From Escherichia phage vB_EcoM_G2285, in the sequence record MK327933.1: a stretch of 64,000 bases of DNA; one strand, written 5' to 3'. Below the pieces are notes generated by a model, which did not search any database, was not told the DNA's origin, and saw nothing but the letters and a program-made list of their open reading frames with translations. Shown one piece after another: positions 20,083-29,469 of this stretch; position 1 is the first letter of the stretch, and each line of letters begins with the position of its first letter. Made by a program: the position numbers and the translations under genes.

Positions 20083-22170
20083 CTATCCTTGGACAAATTT
20101 AAACGGAACCGATTCTAAATCCATTAAAGATGCTAACAGTTTCAATCCTTTAGGTGCACTAGTTTTTTCTATAAATGAGGAGAACGATACCGGCTCATCT
20201 GATTCGATTTCACCCGTCATAGCAACTACCTCGCCTGTTTCCATGAGAACATCACCATCGTAAATGACAGCTTCGTCCAACTGGTCCGAGGACATGACTT
20301 CAGCTTGAATAAATTTAAGGTTGGATTCTAAACCTGCACCAGTGTCAGATGACGCATCTGTAATTTTATTTATCTGCAAGAGAATGCCTCTAGGCAAAAT
20401 AATTTCTTGCTCATTAGGGTGATTACTCAACTGTCCTGGATAAATCACGTTAACTTTATGGGCGCCATCAATAGCCCATCCAACATTAACACGAATTTGT
20501 TCTGGCGCATGCATAGCGGTACGCACCAGACTAGGAGAAATAGTAACACCTTCGTCATTATTGTCAATGTTAAGCTCTTTGCGAACTTCTTCAGGAGCAA
20601 GTCCAAGGGCAACGTTCTCTTTAAACCCACCGAAAATAATAGGAGCTAGTGAAGTGGAAACATAGTTTCTGAAATAGAATACCTTATTTTTAACCATTGC
20701 TTCATAAATAGGCATTCTGATAGACTGAGCTCTATATAACGTTAGTCCTTCAGGTAAACGGTCTCCATTTAAAAACGCCGAATCAAGACCATCAATAGCG
20801 CGTTTAACTTCATCTTCATCTGCAACATCGTAAAAATCTGGTTTATAACGACCTAACAACATATTATTGATATCGGTATACGCGGAAGAGGCATATTCGC
20901 GAATAGCTCGTTTTTCAGCAACAGAGTATTGTTTAGGGTCCCGATTCATTGTTATATTAAAGGTGCCTCTAGCCGATTCTCGTGCATAAGTATACATCAC
21001 ATTAGACAAGAACGCTGATTTACGTTGTTTCCAAGTTTTTTCAGATACTTCAGCTAAAACATCGTCGGCCAGTTGGAAATTATCCCGTCTAAAATCTTCA
21101 AACCATTCGTCTTTAATAGAGTCTGCAATTTCATTTGCAGCTTCAACAAAAGCAGTTAATGCTTTAACAGATGTTGTTTTTCCAGTTTTAATTTTCTTAG
21201 CAAACTTTTCTAAAGTTGGCTTAATAACACTACCATAAGAAACTTCATCAGCAAATCTAAAGGATTCATCAATATGATTATAAATCTTATTTTCGATATC
21301 AGCAACTAAAGTGCCTTTTGCTGTGGATGATGCTTGGGCTAGTACGATTTCATATGCTTCAGGAAGTAATTCGGCTGTAGCCGGGCCACTAACTTCTTTA
21401 GCAGAATTTTCGTATTTCTGGAATAACTCACCTTCTTGGCGGTCAGCTTCTAAAGATTGGCTTGCGGCAATAGCGCGCCGAGAAATTTTAGTACGAGCAA
21501 TAACAGGCTTATCTTTACGTTTTTCTTCTACAGCAGCAATAGAACCAGCGATAGCCGTTTCTTTGGTGACCTTTTCACCAGTCTTTTTACTCACATAAAC
21601 TTCGCCAACATCAGAATCTACTTTCGTGTATAACTCTGTGTTAATGTTAGGGATGCCTTTAATATCTTCAATGTTGGCATTTTTACGAACCATCATCACA
21701 TAGGTGTGTTTACCTGTGAATTGATACATTGCCGACAATACTTTAAAACGACCACCGGTTTTAGTAGAAACTAAACGAGCAAGAAGAGTTTGAAGCTGTT
21801 GTCCACGTCCTTTCAATTTCTTGGTAGGGAATCGGAACAGAACTGCATCCATACGAAGAGCTTTAACTTGTTCATATACTGTATTGAAAATGGTGTTGAT
21901 TGCATCAATAGGAGCAGGACCAAGGCCATTTTTCAATTCGGCGAGATTACCCTTTTCAGACAGACTCATAATAACAACATGAGCGTATTTGTCGCCAAGT
22001 TTAACTTGTTTTACAGCGTCGCCTTCGGAAAGGTAAGAGAATAAACGAACTACAATATTTGTATCGATATCACCAATTTTCCAGACTTGTGGAACTTTAG
22101 CTTTAGGGTTCAAATTGACGACAGGAAGACTGCCTTCAGATTCAAACACTTCATTTAATTGTTCAGACAT
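20083..22170 (-). CDS. alt: Alt, capsid-packaged ADP-ribosyltransferase
   Basis: 695 aa; ART-like R...STS...E-x-E pattern (YRAQSIR, YVSTSL); T4 alt position. Confidence 0.8.
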   Translation of the reverse strand: MSEQLNEVFESEGSLPVVNLNPKAKVPQVWKIGDIDTNIVVRLFSYLSEGDAVKQVKLGDKYAHVVIMSLSEKGNLAELKNGLGPAPIDAINTIFNTVYEQVKALRMDAVLFRFPTKKLKGRGQQLQTLLARLVSTKTGGRFKVLSAMYQFTGKHTYVMMVRKNANIEDIKGIPNINTELYTKVDSDVGEVYVSKKTGEKVTKETAIAGSIAAVEEKRKDKPVIARTKISRRAIAASQSLEADRQEGELFQKYENSAKEVSGPATAELLPEAYEIVLAQASSTAKGTLVADIENKIYNHIDESFRFADEVSYGSVIKPTLEKFAKKIKTGKTTSVKALTAFVEAANEIADSIKDEWFEDFRRDNFQLADDVLAEVSEKTWKQRKSAFLSNVMYTYARESARGTFNITMNRDPKQYSVAEKRAIREYASSAYTDINNMLLGRYKPDFYDVADEDEVKRAIDGLDSAFLNGDRLPEGLTLYRAQSIRMPIYEAMVKNKVFYFRNYVSTSLAPIIFGGFKENVALGLAPEEVRKELNIDNNDEGVTISPSLVRTAMHAPEQIRVNVGWAIDGAHKVNVIYPGQLSNHPNEQEIILPRGILLQINKITDASSDTGAGLESNLKFIQAEVMSSDQLDEAVIYDGDVLMETGEVVAMTGEIESDEPVSFSSFIEKTSAPKGLKLLASLMDLESVPFKFVQG

Positions 22171-22210
22171 AGTGTTTTCCTTTTAGTAATAATTTATATT
22201 TATGCCAAAA

Positions 22211-22226
22211 AGAGCCCGAAGGCTCT
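22211..22226 (-). terminator. Hairpin terminator (agagcc-cgaa-ggctct)
   Basis: Perfect 6-bp stem, CGAA loop, adjacent A-run on plus. Confidence 0.55.
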
Positions 22227-22435
22227 TAATCCACAATCGGAAGCAAAGTACGATAAACTTCAAAATTAGGGCCTTTTTCGTACCCATTAACGTTATCTAC
22301 GAAAACCCGATACGAATTTTCATTAGGAAAATCTAATATAATCTGAGAGCAAGAGGTGGAAACATCTCCACCATCCTTCTTAGCTACAATAACTGTTTCT
22401 AAATAAGCTTTCATTATAAACCTGTCTGGGACCAC
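22226..22435 (-). CDS. Hypothetical protein (alt.1 position)
   Basis: 69-aa ORF between ligase and alt. Confidence 0.4.
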   Translation of the reverse strand: MVPDRFIMKAYLETVIVAKKDGGDVSTSCSQIILDFPNENSYRVFVDNVNGYEKGPNFEVYRTLLPIVD

Positions 22436-23907
22436 GGTCCAAATACGTCTTCAAACGAATCCGCTTCTGTTTTATCAAAACGGAACCCTTTAATAATTGG
22501 AAGGAAAATACCTACAGTACCTTCACGGCCTTTAGAATGAACCCAACCATTACATTCACAATCAGCGATACGTCCAATTAATTTACCTTCACGAGCTTCG
22601 GTCATTAATCGTTCACGGTCTAAATCATGACGCTCGTCTAAAGGAATAAGAACCTTTACACCGTCAACTGTTTTATGAGTTGTATCTTTAAAACCTGAAC
22701 CACAATCGGTTGTAATACGACGACAACGTGATACGAGTTCGACACCACCTAATTTGTTAGGGTCTTTAGAGTGTTCATAGTATCCTACAACTTCTAAAGC
22801 GATATCAATAACTTCTTTAAATTTAATTAGGTTCTTAGAGCGTTTGTTTTCCCAGTATGAATCACGGTTTTTAAGGATAATACCTTCAAGACCTTGGTCA
22901 ACATATTTTTTATAAACCACTTTAGCTTCATCAAGATTACGAACTAACTGGTTTTCGATAGGTTCAATTCGTTTAAAGCCTTCAGCCATATTTTCAAGAG
23001 CAGCAAAACGAACATCGTATTTCTGACCTTTAATTTTGCCATCAGAATAGACTTCATCTAAAGGAACATAGTCCCAGGCTTGAAGAACCATACCTTCCGC
23101 TTCTTTAGGAGAAATAGTCCCTTGAAGAGATTTATTTGCTAAACCATTTGAAGTGCTACGGTCTGCAACTTGCACTTCTTCGGATTCTTCATTATCACCA
23201 AATAAGAACGACAGGTCATTTCCTGAGCTCACAGCCTTTTTAATATCGAATGAATGATAAACTAATTCACCGTCGATTAAAACCCCATTAGGGTGTCTTT
23301 CACGAGCTTCTTTAGTCATTTCCATTAGTTCATCCGCTAATAGAGTAAGACCATGATATTCGTTGCCGGCACGAGAAAAGAATTGAACACCATCATCGCG
23401 AACTTCAGCGAAACAACGAGCACCATCTGCTTTTAATTGGGCAAATGCAGGCCATTTAATATTTTTAGTAATCAATTTCTCATCATATGCAGATGCTAAC
23501 ATCTGTGGTTGCAATTGAATAAGTCCAGGCCACACCTTATTCGCTATAGACACTGAAGCACCTACTTCAAGGTCGCGCATCATTACACGACGAAGGACTT
23601 CTACATCATCAGGTTTACCATCAGCGATATAACCCATGAGCTCTTTAATTGCAGCATTACCAGTGAGTTTACGAGTGGCTAATGTGAACTCAATAAAATC
23701 CAACATGGCATCTAATTCAAGAAGACCATACGCTTGAGACCTTTCACCTGGTCCTGGCCATTTCTTAATATAATACTGGATACCACGTGCATATGTTAAA
23801 CGATACACACGTTCAAGTAATTTGTTGTCCTTATTTTTCTTAAGGATTTCCTGTTTTGTTTTAGTAGAACCGATCGCAGCTATTTGGTTTAAAATATCTA
23901 AAATCAT
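22414..23907 (-). CDS. 30: ATP-dependent DNA ligase gp30
   Basis: 497 aa; ligase motif I KADGAR; T4-ligase-like ends. Confidence 0.9.
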   Translation of the reverse strand: MILDILNQIAAIGSTKTKQEILKKNKDNKLLERVYRLTYARGIQYYIKKWPGPGERSQAYGLLELDAMLDFIEFTLATRKLTGNAAIKELMGYIADGKPDDVEVLRRVMMRDLEVGASVSIANKVWPGLIQLQPQMLASAYDEKLITKNIKWPAFAQLKADGARCFAEVRDDGVQFFSRAGNEYHGLTLLADELMEMTKEARERHPNGVLIDGELVYHSFDIKKAVSSGNDLSFLFGDNEESEEVQVADRSTSNGLANKSLQGTISPKEAEGMVLQAWDYVPLDEVYSDGKIKGQKYDVRFAALENMAEGFKRIEPIENQLVRNLDEAKVVYKKYVDQGLEGIILKNRDSYWENKRSKNLIKFKEVIDIALEVVGYYEHSKDPNKLGGVELVSRCRRITTDCGSGFKDTTHKTVDGVKVLIPLDERHDLDRERLMTEAREGKLIGRIADCECNGWVHSKGREGTVGIFLPIIKGFRFDKTEADSFEDVFGPWSQTGL

Positions 23908-24173
23908 TTGATGTCCTCGATTTTGGTTACGGTTCTATTATAAGCCACTTCATCTAGAAGCGATTTCAGCGTTTTCTGATAAGTGGTAATCCATTTACCG
24001 AGACCTTCAACATAGTATTCTGAAATGTAGATGAACCCTTGTTCAACACACTCTTTAAATATTTCTGCGTCTTTTACTGAACGAAACAATGGCCGGTCTC
24101 GAAAGAACATGTTAACGTGACCGTAGTCACGCGTTGTGTTTTTGCCATCTGTAATATCATGAACTACAAACAT
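23904..24173 (-). CDS. Hypothetical protein (30.1 position)
   Basis: 89-aa ORF coupled to ligase. Confidence 0.5.
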   Translation of the reverse strand: MFVVHDITDGKNTTRDYGHVNMFFRDRPLFRSVKDAEIFKECVEQGFIYISEYYVEGLGKWITTYQKTLKSLLDEVAYNRTVTKIEDIK

Positions 24174-24182
24174 AATTAACCC

Positions 24183-24371
24183 TTAACAATTTATAGACCA
24201 AGTCCATTTAGACGAATCTAAAGGAAAGTTTTGAATCGTCCACCACGGCTGCATATCAGTTGGTCCTGGGGTTCGCCAGGTATATGGAGTACGTGTTGTC
24301 GAGGGGCCACCAATTTGATTAGGCCATGCACCTGGACTTGTTGCACCAGATTCTTTAAGCAAATCCGCCAA
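24183..24371 (-). CDS. Small Pro/Trp-rich ORF of uncertain reality
   Basis: 62-aa ORF filling the gap between two coupled genes; odd composition. Confidence 0.3.
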   Translation of the reverse strand: MADLLKESGATSPGAWPNQIGGPSTTRTPYTWRTPGPTDMQPWWTIQNFPLDSSKWTWSINC

Positions 24372-25007
24372 TCATTTTAAAAGGTCTTCACGATCTGAAT
24401 CTGAATTATGCTCAGGTGGAACCAAACGAGATTCAATATCATCCCACGTGTGTACACGTTGTGCAGTACGAGGAATGGCATCACGTTCACCACGGGCCAA
24501 CCAATAAATCGGTACATTGAGAATTTCTGCCGCATGGTCACAGTGATGAGCTAAATCGTCAACGTAACAAATTACGTTATATTTTGTTTTAGCTAGTTCG
24601 AATAATTGTTCCTTTGACGAATCATGACCACACATCATTACTTCAGAAAAGGCACCTGGGAACAAAGCATTCAAATTAAATTGTCTATTCAATCGAGCAT
24701 CAATTGAATCACCTAGCGCCGTCACGGCTACAAAATTATAGTCTTCTTTTAGTTTATTGATAACTCGAAGAGCATCTGAATAAGGCGCTAAGTAACGAAT
24801 AAAATCAGAGCGATTATATTTTTCTATTAATTGTTTACCAAGGTTATCGTCGGTATTGAATAGTTTACCAGGAGAAATAAATTTTTCATCCTGAATCATT
24901 TTTAAAATATGTTCTAATGGAAGATTATATTTTTGGGCAAAATAAGGAAGTCCAGATTGCCAGCTTAAACATACACCATCAATATCAGTCAAAATAGTAG
25001 GCTTCAT
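24372..25007 (-). CDS. HAD-superfamily phosphatase-like protein (30.2 position)
   Basis: N-terminal DIDGV motif (HAD DxDxV/T). Confidence 0.6.
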   Translation of the reverse strand: MKPTILTDIDGVCLSWQSGLPYFAQKYNLPLEHILKMIQDEKFISPGKLFNTDDNLGKQLIEKYNRSDFIRYLAPYSDALRVINKLKEDYNFVAVTALGDSIDARLNRQFNLNALFPGAFSEVMMCGHDSSKEQLFELAKTKYNVICYVDDLAHHCDHAAEILNVPIYWLARGERDAIPRTAQRVHTWDDIESRLVPPEHNSDSDREDLLK

Positions 25008-25471
25008 AAAGAGTCTCTTAATAGGTTTAACACATCAATAAATTCAGCTTCGGTTAGTATTGTATCATCTTTTGTTAGACCACTGGCCATGCTGTGCTTC
25101 AAAATTTTTCCTTTAGAGGCTTGTAAGGCATCACGAAACCCCTTGTTTTGGATCGCGGCTTCAAAATACGCATTTGTGTATAATTCTTTCCACGCTTCGG
25201 AGTATCTTGAAAACGGAACTCCTAACCAGAAGAGAGTCCCACGGTCCTGAGCTCTTGCATAAGACCTTCCAGCTTGCTGTGCGGCCAGTCCTGACAGCCC
25301 AAATATACGTCTTTGTTGTTCAACATTTTTCACCTTACATCCTTGGAGAAATCCTTCAAGACCTCCGAATTGAATACCATCCATAACAAAAGGCCATTGA
25401 GCAAAGTTACTTAATGCACACGACGGCCACTTGAAATTACTTCTTATTTCTAATTCAGACATCTTTAACAC
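25004..25471 (-). CDS. Possible NADAR/YbiA-like (DUF1768) protein (30.3 position)
   Basis: Pattern LSNF...F..DG..F.G.E...Q..K near the N-terminus resembles NADAR; inference, not verified. Confidence 0.45.
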   Translation of the reverse strand: MLKMSELEIRSNFKWPSCALSNFAQWPFVMDGIQFGGLEGFLQGCKVKNVEQQRRIFGLSGLAAQQAGRSYARAQDRGTLFWLGVPFSRYSEAWKELYTNAYFEAAIQNKGFRDALQASKGKILKHSMASGLTKDDTILTEAEFIDVLNLLRDSL

Positions 25472-25673
25472 TTATAATTTCAACATCAGCCCAATGACCG
25501 TATCCAGGTATACGGTCTTCGATAGATAAATTTCTGACATTTTTAGGCATTTTAATTGACGTAACGTATGGTTCTAAACGGTTTTCCGCGTAATATGGAA
25601 AAACGTCGGTTACACGATAAGTAACTTCAATCATTTCCGTACCAAACAATTTCTGGATTAATTTATTCAACAT
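25455..25673 (-). CDS. Hypothetical protein
   Basis: 72-aa ORF with AAAGGG RBS. Confidence 0.45.
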   Translation of the reverse strand: MLNKLIQKLFGTEMIEVTYRVTDVFPYYAENRLEPYVTSIKMPKNVRNLSIEDRIPGYGHWADVEIISVKDV

Positions 25674-25676
25674 GTT

Positions 25677-25901
25677 TCAACCCTTTAATAGGAGATAACT
25701 CTTTACCCATACGTATGTCAGAAGTCCCATCAACCCATTGAACAGCATACGCTTCATTGACAATTCCAGCGGCGGTTTTAAATTCATATACTGCTCAATT
25801 TCACATACTGAACCATTTTTATGTTTCCATAAGCAAATCGTATCAATAGAACCTGCGATACCGTTAGAAACATATTTGCGTTCGAAGTTGGTGTAGTTCA
25901 T
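25677..25901 (-). CDS. Hypothetical protein
   Basis: 74-aa ORF. Confidence 0.4.
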   Translation of the reverse strand: MNYTNFERKYVSNGIAGSIDTICLWKHKNGSVCEIEQYMNLKPPLELSMKRMLFNGLMGLLTYVWVKSYLLLKG

Positions 25902-26008
25902 TTTATTCTCCAGTTGTTTTATTGATTAGGTGGTACAAGTCTATAGTAACACATCCTACAGGAGAGTAAACATCTTTTTTAAACTTTTTCTGCCCTAAAC
26001 GCACAAAA

Positions 26009-26026
26009 GGGAGACCGAAGTCTCCC
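26009..26026 (-). terminator. Hairpin terminator (gggagac-cgaa-gtctccc)
   Basis: Perfect 7-bp stem with CGAA loop, A-run on plus side. Confidence 0.65.
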
Positions 26027-26031
26027 TAAAA

Positions 26032-26211
26032 TTATGCAACAACCTTTCCAAAACGAGAAGCATCATCTCGAAGAACTGCACGTGCTCTGCGCATGATCTT
26101 CTCAACTGTTTGATTAATACGATAGTTCGACCCACGCTTGTATCCAGCGCGTTTAGAGGTACCATCAACTTTCTTTTCAACTGCTTTCTTTGCTTTAGCT
26201 TGTTTTGCCAT
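26032..26211 (-). CDS. Small basic protein, 59 aa (not in the track)
   Basis: Hand translation MAKQAKAKKAVEKKVDGTSKRAGYKRGSNYRINQTVEKIMRRARAVLRDDASRFGKVVA; AAAGAG RBS; terminator directly downstream. Confidence 0.5.
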   Translation of the reverse strand: MAKQAKAKKAVEKKVDGTSKRAGYKRGSNYRINQTVEKIMRRARAVLRDDASRFGKVVA

Positions 26212-26473
26212 TATAAATTCTCTTTAAATGAAAATGCAGGACTTATTGACATTGCCTGCGCAAGCCCTCAAGGGGAACATAGGTTTTGGATATTTAACGA
26301 CAGGATAACCATAAACCTGTCATCATACCAACCACGACTTAGACAGATAACCTTTTCTGACGCGTGATAGTACAAAATACATTCAAGAGGTACACCGTAA
26401 AACTGCCGTGGTCTTAAAACTATAATGATTCGCAAATCATTAATCAGACAGTTCGACGGCTCCTCGATTTAAC

Positions 26474-26722
26474 TTACTTCAGGGTAATAACAAAATGACG
26501 TACTGCTTTACGAGCTGCAGAAGCCAAAGGCTTAGCATATTTCAGTTCATCTTTTGCTTCCAGTTCAGAGGCCAAAGCTGCCTGTACCGGGTTCAGATGT
26601 TTGAAATAACGCAGGATTTCCAGTGCTTCGGCTTCAACATCAATCGACGCGCCGTAGTTTTCGTGACCGTTATTCCATGCGTTTCGTTGCAGTTCAAGAG
26701 CGTGTTGTAATTGTTTAATCAT
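26474..26722 (-). CDS. rIII: rIII lysis-inhibition accessory protein
   Basis: 82 aa (T4 rIII 82); position below gene 31. Confidence 0.75.
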   Translation of the reverse strand: MIKQLQHALELQRNAWNNGHENYGASIDVEAEALEILRYFKHLNPVQAALASELEAKDELKYAKPLASAARKAVRHFVITLK

Positions 26723-26838
26723 TTTAAATTCTCAATTCGAGATAATATTTAGTAGCCACGTTCGTCTGAATTTCACCTTCTTTCGACAAGTCTCTCAGTT
26801 GTAGGCTACCGCTTAGAAGAGTGTTCTCTTCATATAGT

Positions 26839-26846
26839 TATTTATA
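26839..26846 (-). promoter_or_regulatory. Late promoter for rIII (TATTTATA on plus)
   Basis: Exact match directly below the gene 31 stop. Confidence 0.5.
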
Positions 26847-27179
26847 TCACTTATAAAGACACGGAATAGCTTTATAGTGGCATGTTACGAATTTCTGTTT
26901 AATTTCTTTAGGTTGTTTAAGTCCCAAAGCCACAAATGGATGTGGAACATTTCGAATTTGTCCAACTGGTAGTGGAGTCAAATCACCGACTTCAACAAAA
27001 CCTTCAGGAACATCAGGACCCACAGAATGAACTACACATAGTTCAGGAACTTCACCTTGAACACGTTTACCAATCACAAGTCCTGATTCGGTAACTTCTT
27101 CATCACCTGCTTGAGCGGGTTCAGAAACCAGAATGACATATTCACCAACAGCACGAATTGGGAGTTGTACTTCAGACAT
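26847..27179 (-). CDS. 31: Co-chaperonin gp31 (GroES analogue)
   Basis: 110 aa; reads as T4 gp31. Confidence 0.9.
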   Translation of the reverse strand: MSEVQLPIRAVGEYVILVSEPAQAGDEEVTESGLVIGKRVQGEVPELCVVHSVGPDVPEGFVEVGDLTPLPVGQIRNVPHPFVALGLKQPKEIKQKFVTCHYKAIPCLYK

Positions 27180-27236
27180 CTTATTTCCTTGTTGTTTGAC
27201 GATAGATTAATAATACCATACTATTCGTAAAGCATA

Positions 27237-27545
27237 TTACATAAGAAGCAAACGTTCTACCGGAGTACCATCAACCGAAATTACTTTATCAAGGCGGAAA
27301 GAACGCCACTGACCTAACTTGGTATCGAATGCTCGAACTGATTCACGAGGTTCAGAACGAACTTCTGTTGCCGGATTGTTATTTTCATATTTGACTTCAA
27401 GTTCATCGCGGGAGGCAAACATCGTACGAACATCACCGTTAGCCTTTTCAAATACAACACAATGAACGCCTACAGACAGAATAGTTTTAATACGTTCACG
27501 AAGAACCATAGTTTCTTGTTCAGTTAAAATCATATTATTCACCAC
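27237..27545 (-). CDS. Hypothetical protein (31.1 position)
   Basis: 102-aa ORF. Confidence 0.5.
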   Translation of the reverse strand: MVNNMILTEQETMVLRERIKTILSVGVHCVVFEKANGDVRTMFASRDELEVKYENNNPATEVRSEPRESVRAFDTKLGQWRSFRLDKVISVDGTPVERLLLM

Positions 27546-28116
27546 AAAAGTTTCGAATTTGTTCCCAATTCAGAGAACGAAGATTATTACGAGAGTACTG
27601 AATTACTTCAATACCAGCTTGTTTAAGAATGTCTGCCCAATTTTCAGGAGACCGGTCATATAATTCTGCATATACAACCTTTTTAATGCCTGACTGTGTG
27701 ATAGCTTTAGTGCAATCAGGACATGGAGAAAGTGTCGTATACAACGTAGCACCTTCAATAGAATTACCTTTACGAGCTGCAAACAAAATTGCATTCAATT
27801 CAGCATGGATTTCGTTATTAGCAGACCATACACTATGAGCAGCCCGATGTTCTTTAGCCAAAACAAAATTATCTGCCCGTCCAAATGCTGTAGTGCCTTC
27901 TTTATGTCCAGCAACGATGTCCGGGCTTGGTTTATTCTTCAACCAGCCGTTTTCGGATGCATGTTCGCAACAGTTTGTACCACCTGAAGGAGAGCCATTA
28001 TAACCTGTAGAAATAATGCGTCCATCTTTTTCAATGACGGCACCAACTTTCCATGAACAACATTTTGATTCTTGAGAAATCAAATAAGCAATTTGAAGAT
28101 ATGTGCTAGCTTTCAT
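27535..28116 (-). CDS. cd: dCMP deaminase
   Basis: 193 aa (T4 Cd 193); zinc-deaminase motifs HAE and PCxxC. Confidence 0.9.
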   Translation of the reverse strand: MKASTYLQIAYLISQESKCCSWKVGAVIEKDGRIISTGYNGSPSGGTNCCEHASENGWLKNKPSPDIVAGHKEGTTAFGRADNFVLAKEHRAAHSVWSANNEIHAELNAILFAARKGNSIEGATLYTTLSPCPDCTKAITQSGIKKVVYAELYDRSPENWADILKQAGIEVIQYSRNNLRSLNWEQIRNFCGE

Positions 28117-29108
28117 TATTGAACCTTATTAATATAAGTTAACAGCTCTTTAGTTTGTTCCCAACTGATGCACGCATCGGTAACGGAAACGCCATAGGAC
28201 ATATTATCAGAAATTTTTTGATTTCCTTCATGTAGGAATGATTCTATCATAATTCCTTTGACCAAATCATTAGCTGCTAAATTTTTACCAATACCAATTT
28301 GATTGCTATAATGCCCAGCAGCGTTTGCATGGCTACAGTCAACCATTACATAATGATTCAGACCTACTGCACTTGCTTTGTTAGAAGCTTCTTGAATATC
28401 AGAAGAATGATAGTTCGGGCCGTTGGTCCCGCCACGCAATACGATATGCGTATTCTGATTACCTTCAGCTTCAACAATGCCTACAGTACCATCGACGTCC
28501 ATACCCATATACCGATGAGGCCGGGCGGCACTATACATCGCGTCTGTAGCTACTTTAATAGAACCATTGGTCGCGTTCTTGAAGCCTACGCACATCGGTA
28601 GACCTGAAGCAATTTCACGATGTGTCTGACTTTCAGTCGTACGGGCGCCAATAGCAACCCATGAGAAAATACCAGAAAGATACTTAATCGTGAATGGGTC
28701 TAATACTTCAGTTGCTAACGGAAGTCCCATACGTAGAAGTTTACGACACAATGTTCGTGCAACTATAAGACCGTGGTTCATATCAAAACTTCCGTCAAGA
28801 TATGGATCATTTACAAGACCTTTCCAACCTACGGTAGTTCGAGGCTTTTCAAAATAAACGCGCATCACTAACAGAACATTAGGAAGACGAGTTTGAAGTT
28901 CAGCCAGACGTTTGCCGTATTCAACAGCAGCAATAGGGTCATGAATTGAACAAGGACCTACAACAATAAGTTTGCGTGGGTCTTCACCGTTCATAATCGA
29001 ATTAACTTGTTCGCGATGAGAAGCCACTTGTGATGCGTAAGCTTCCGACAAAGGAATAATCTCAGCCAGTTCTTTTGGAGAAATAAGTTTTCTGACGACA
29101 GGTAACAT
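28116..29108 (-). CDS. 3-deoxy-D-arabino-heptulosonate-7-phosphate (DAHP) synthase, class I AroG/AroF/AroH type
   Basis: 330 aa; blocks GPCSIHDP, RVYFEKPRTTVGWKGL, GARTTESQ, GFKN, LRGG, DCSHAN, ESFLHEGNQ and TDACISWE align to E. coli AroG; ATG with AAGGA RBS; stop overlaps cd start. Confidence 0.9.
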   Translation of the reverse strand: MLPVVRKLISPKELAEIIPLSEAYASQVASHREQVNSIMNGEDPRKLIVVGPCSIHDPIAAVEYGKRLAELQTRLPNVLLVMRVYFEKPRTTVGWKGLVNDPYLDGSFDMNHGLIVARTLCRKLLRMGLPLATEVLDPFTIKYLSGIFSWVAIGARTTESQTHREIASGLPMCVGFKNATNGSIKVATDAMYSAARPHRYMGMDVDGTVGIVEAEGNQNTHIVLRGGTNGPNYHSSDIQEASNKASAVGLNHYVMVDCSHANAAGHYSNQIGIGKNLAANDLVKGIMIESFLHEGNQKISDNMSYGVSVTDACISWEQTKELLTYINKVQ

Positions 29109-29116
29109 AACAATCC

Positions 29117-29305
29117 TTAGTAGATATAAACAGATTCTGATTCAACAATACCTTTAACCGGATTAGACAGGCTAAGTTGGTAGTACTCAGATTTATGACC
29201 ATTCTCGATAGTAATGAGATAGCTCTCATTATAGTGTTCCGTATACTCGAGTTGCTTCAACAAGACCATCACTGCATAATTTAAGATTAGTAATTTGGTC
29301 ACCAT
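29117..29305 (-). CDS. Hypothetical small protein (overlaps next ORF; real start may be internal)
   Basis: ORF only. Confidence 0.3.
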   Translation of the reverse strand: MVTKLLILNYAVMVLLKQLEYTEHYNESYLITIENGHKSEYYQLSLSNPVKGIVESESVYIY

Positions 29306-29465
29306 CTTTAGGATTAACGATTATGAGAAAAGAACGTGGAGATTCTTGAATAACTCGTAATGTTGCATCTTGGAAACGTTCAGACACTTTATTGATGAGT
29401 GCTTGAGCAAATTCTTTTACTTTAATCTGAAATTCGTGTACTGTAATTGGGTTTTCACTTAGCAT
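29229..29465 (-). CDS. Hypothetical protein
   Basis: 78-aa ORF just below an early promoter. Confidence 0.45.
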   Translation of the reverse strand: MLSENPITVHEFQIKVKEFAQALINKVSERFQDATLRVIQESPRSFLIIVNPKDGDQITNLKLCSDGLVEATRVYGTL

Positions 29466-29469
29466 TTCT

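Noticed and set aside
26110-26367. 85-aa plus-strand ORF in the rIII-proximal gap
   Set aside because: It overlaps the better-supported minus-strand 59-aa gene and its terminator, has no RBS and runs against the local transcription direction.
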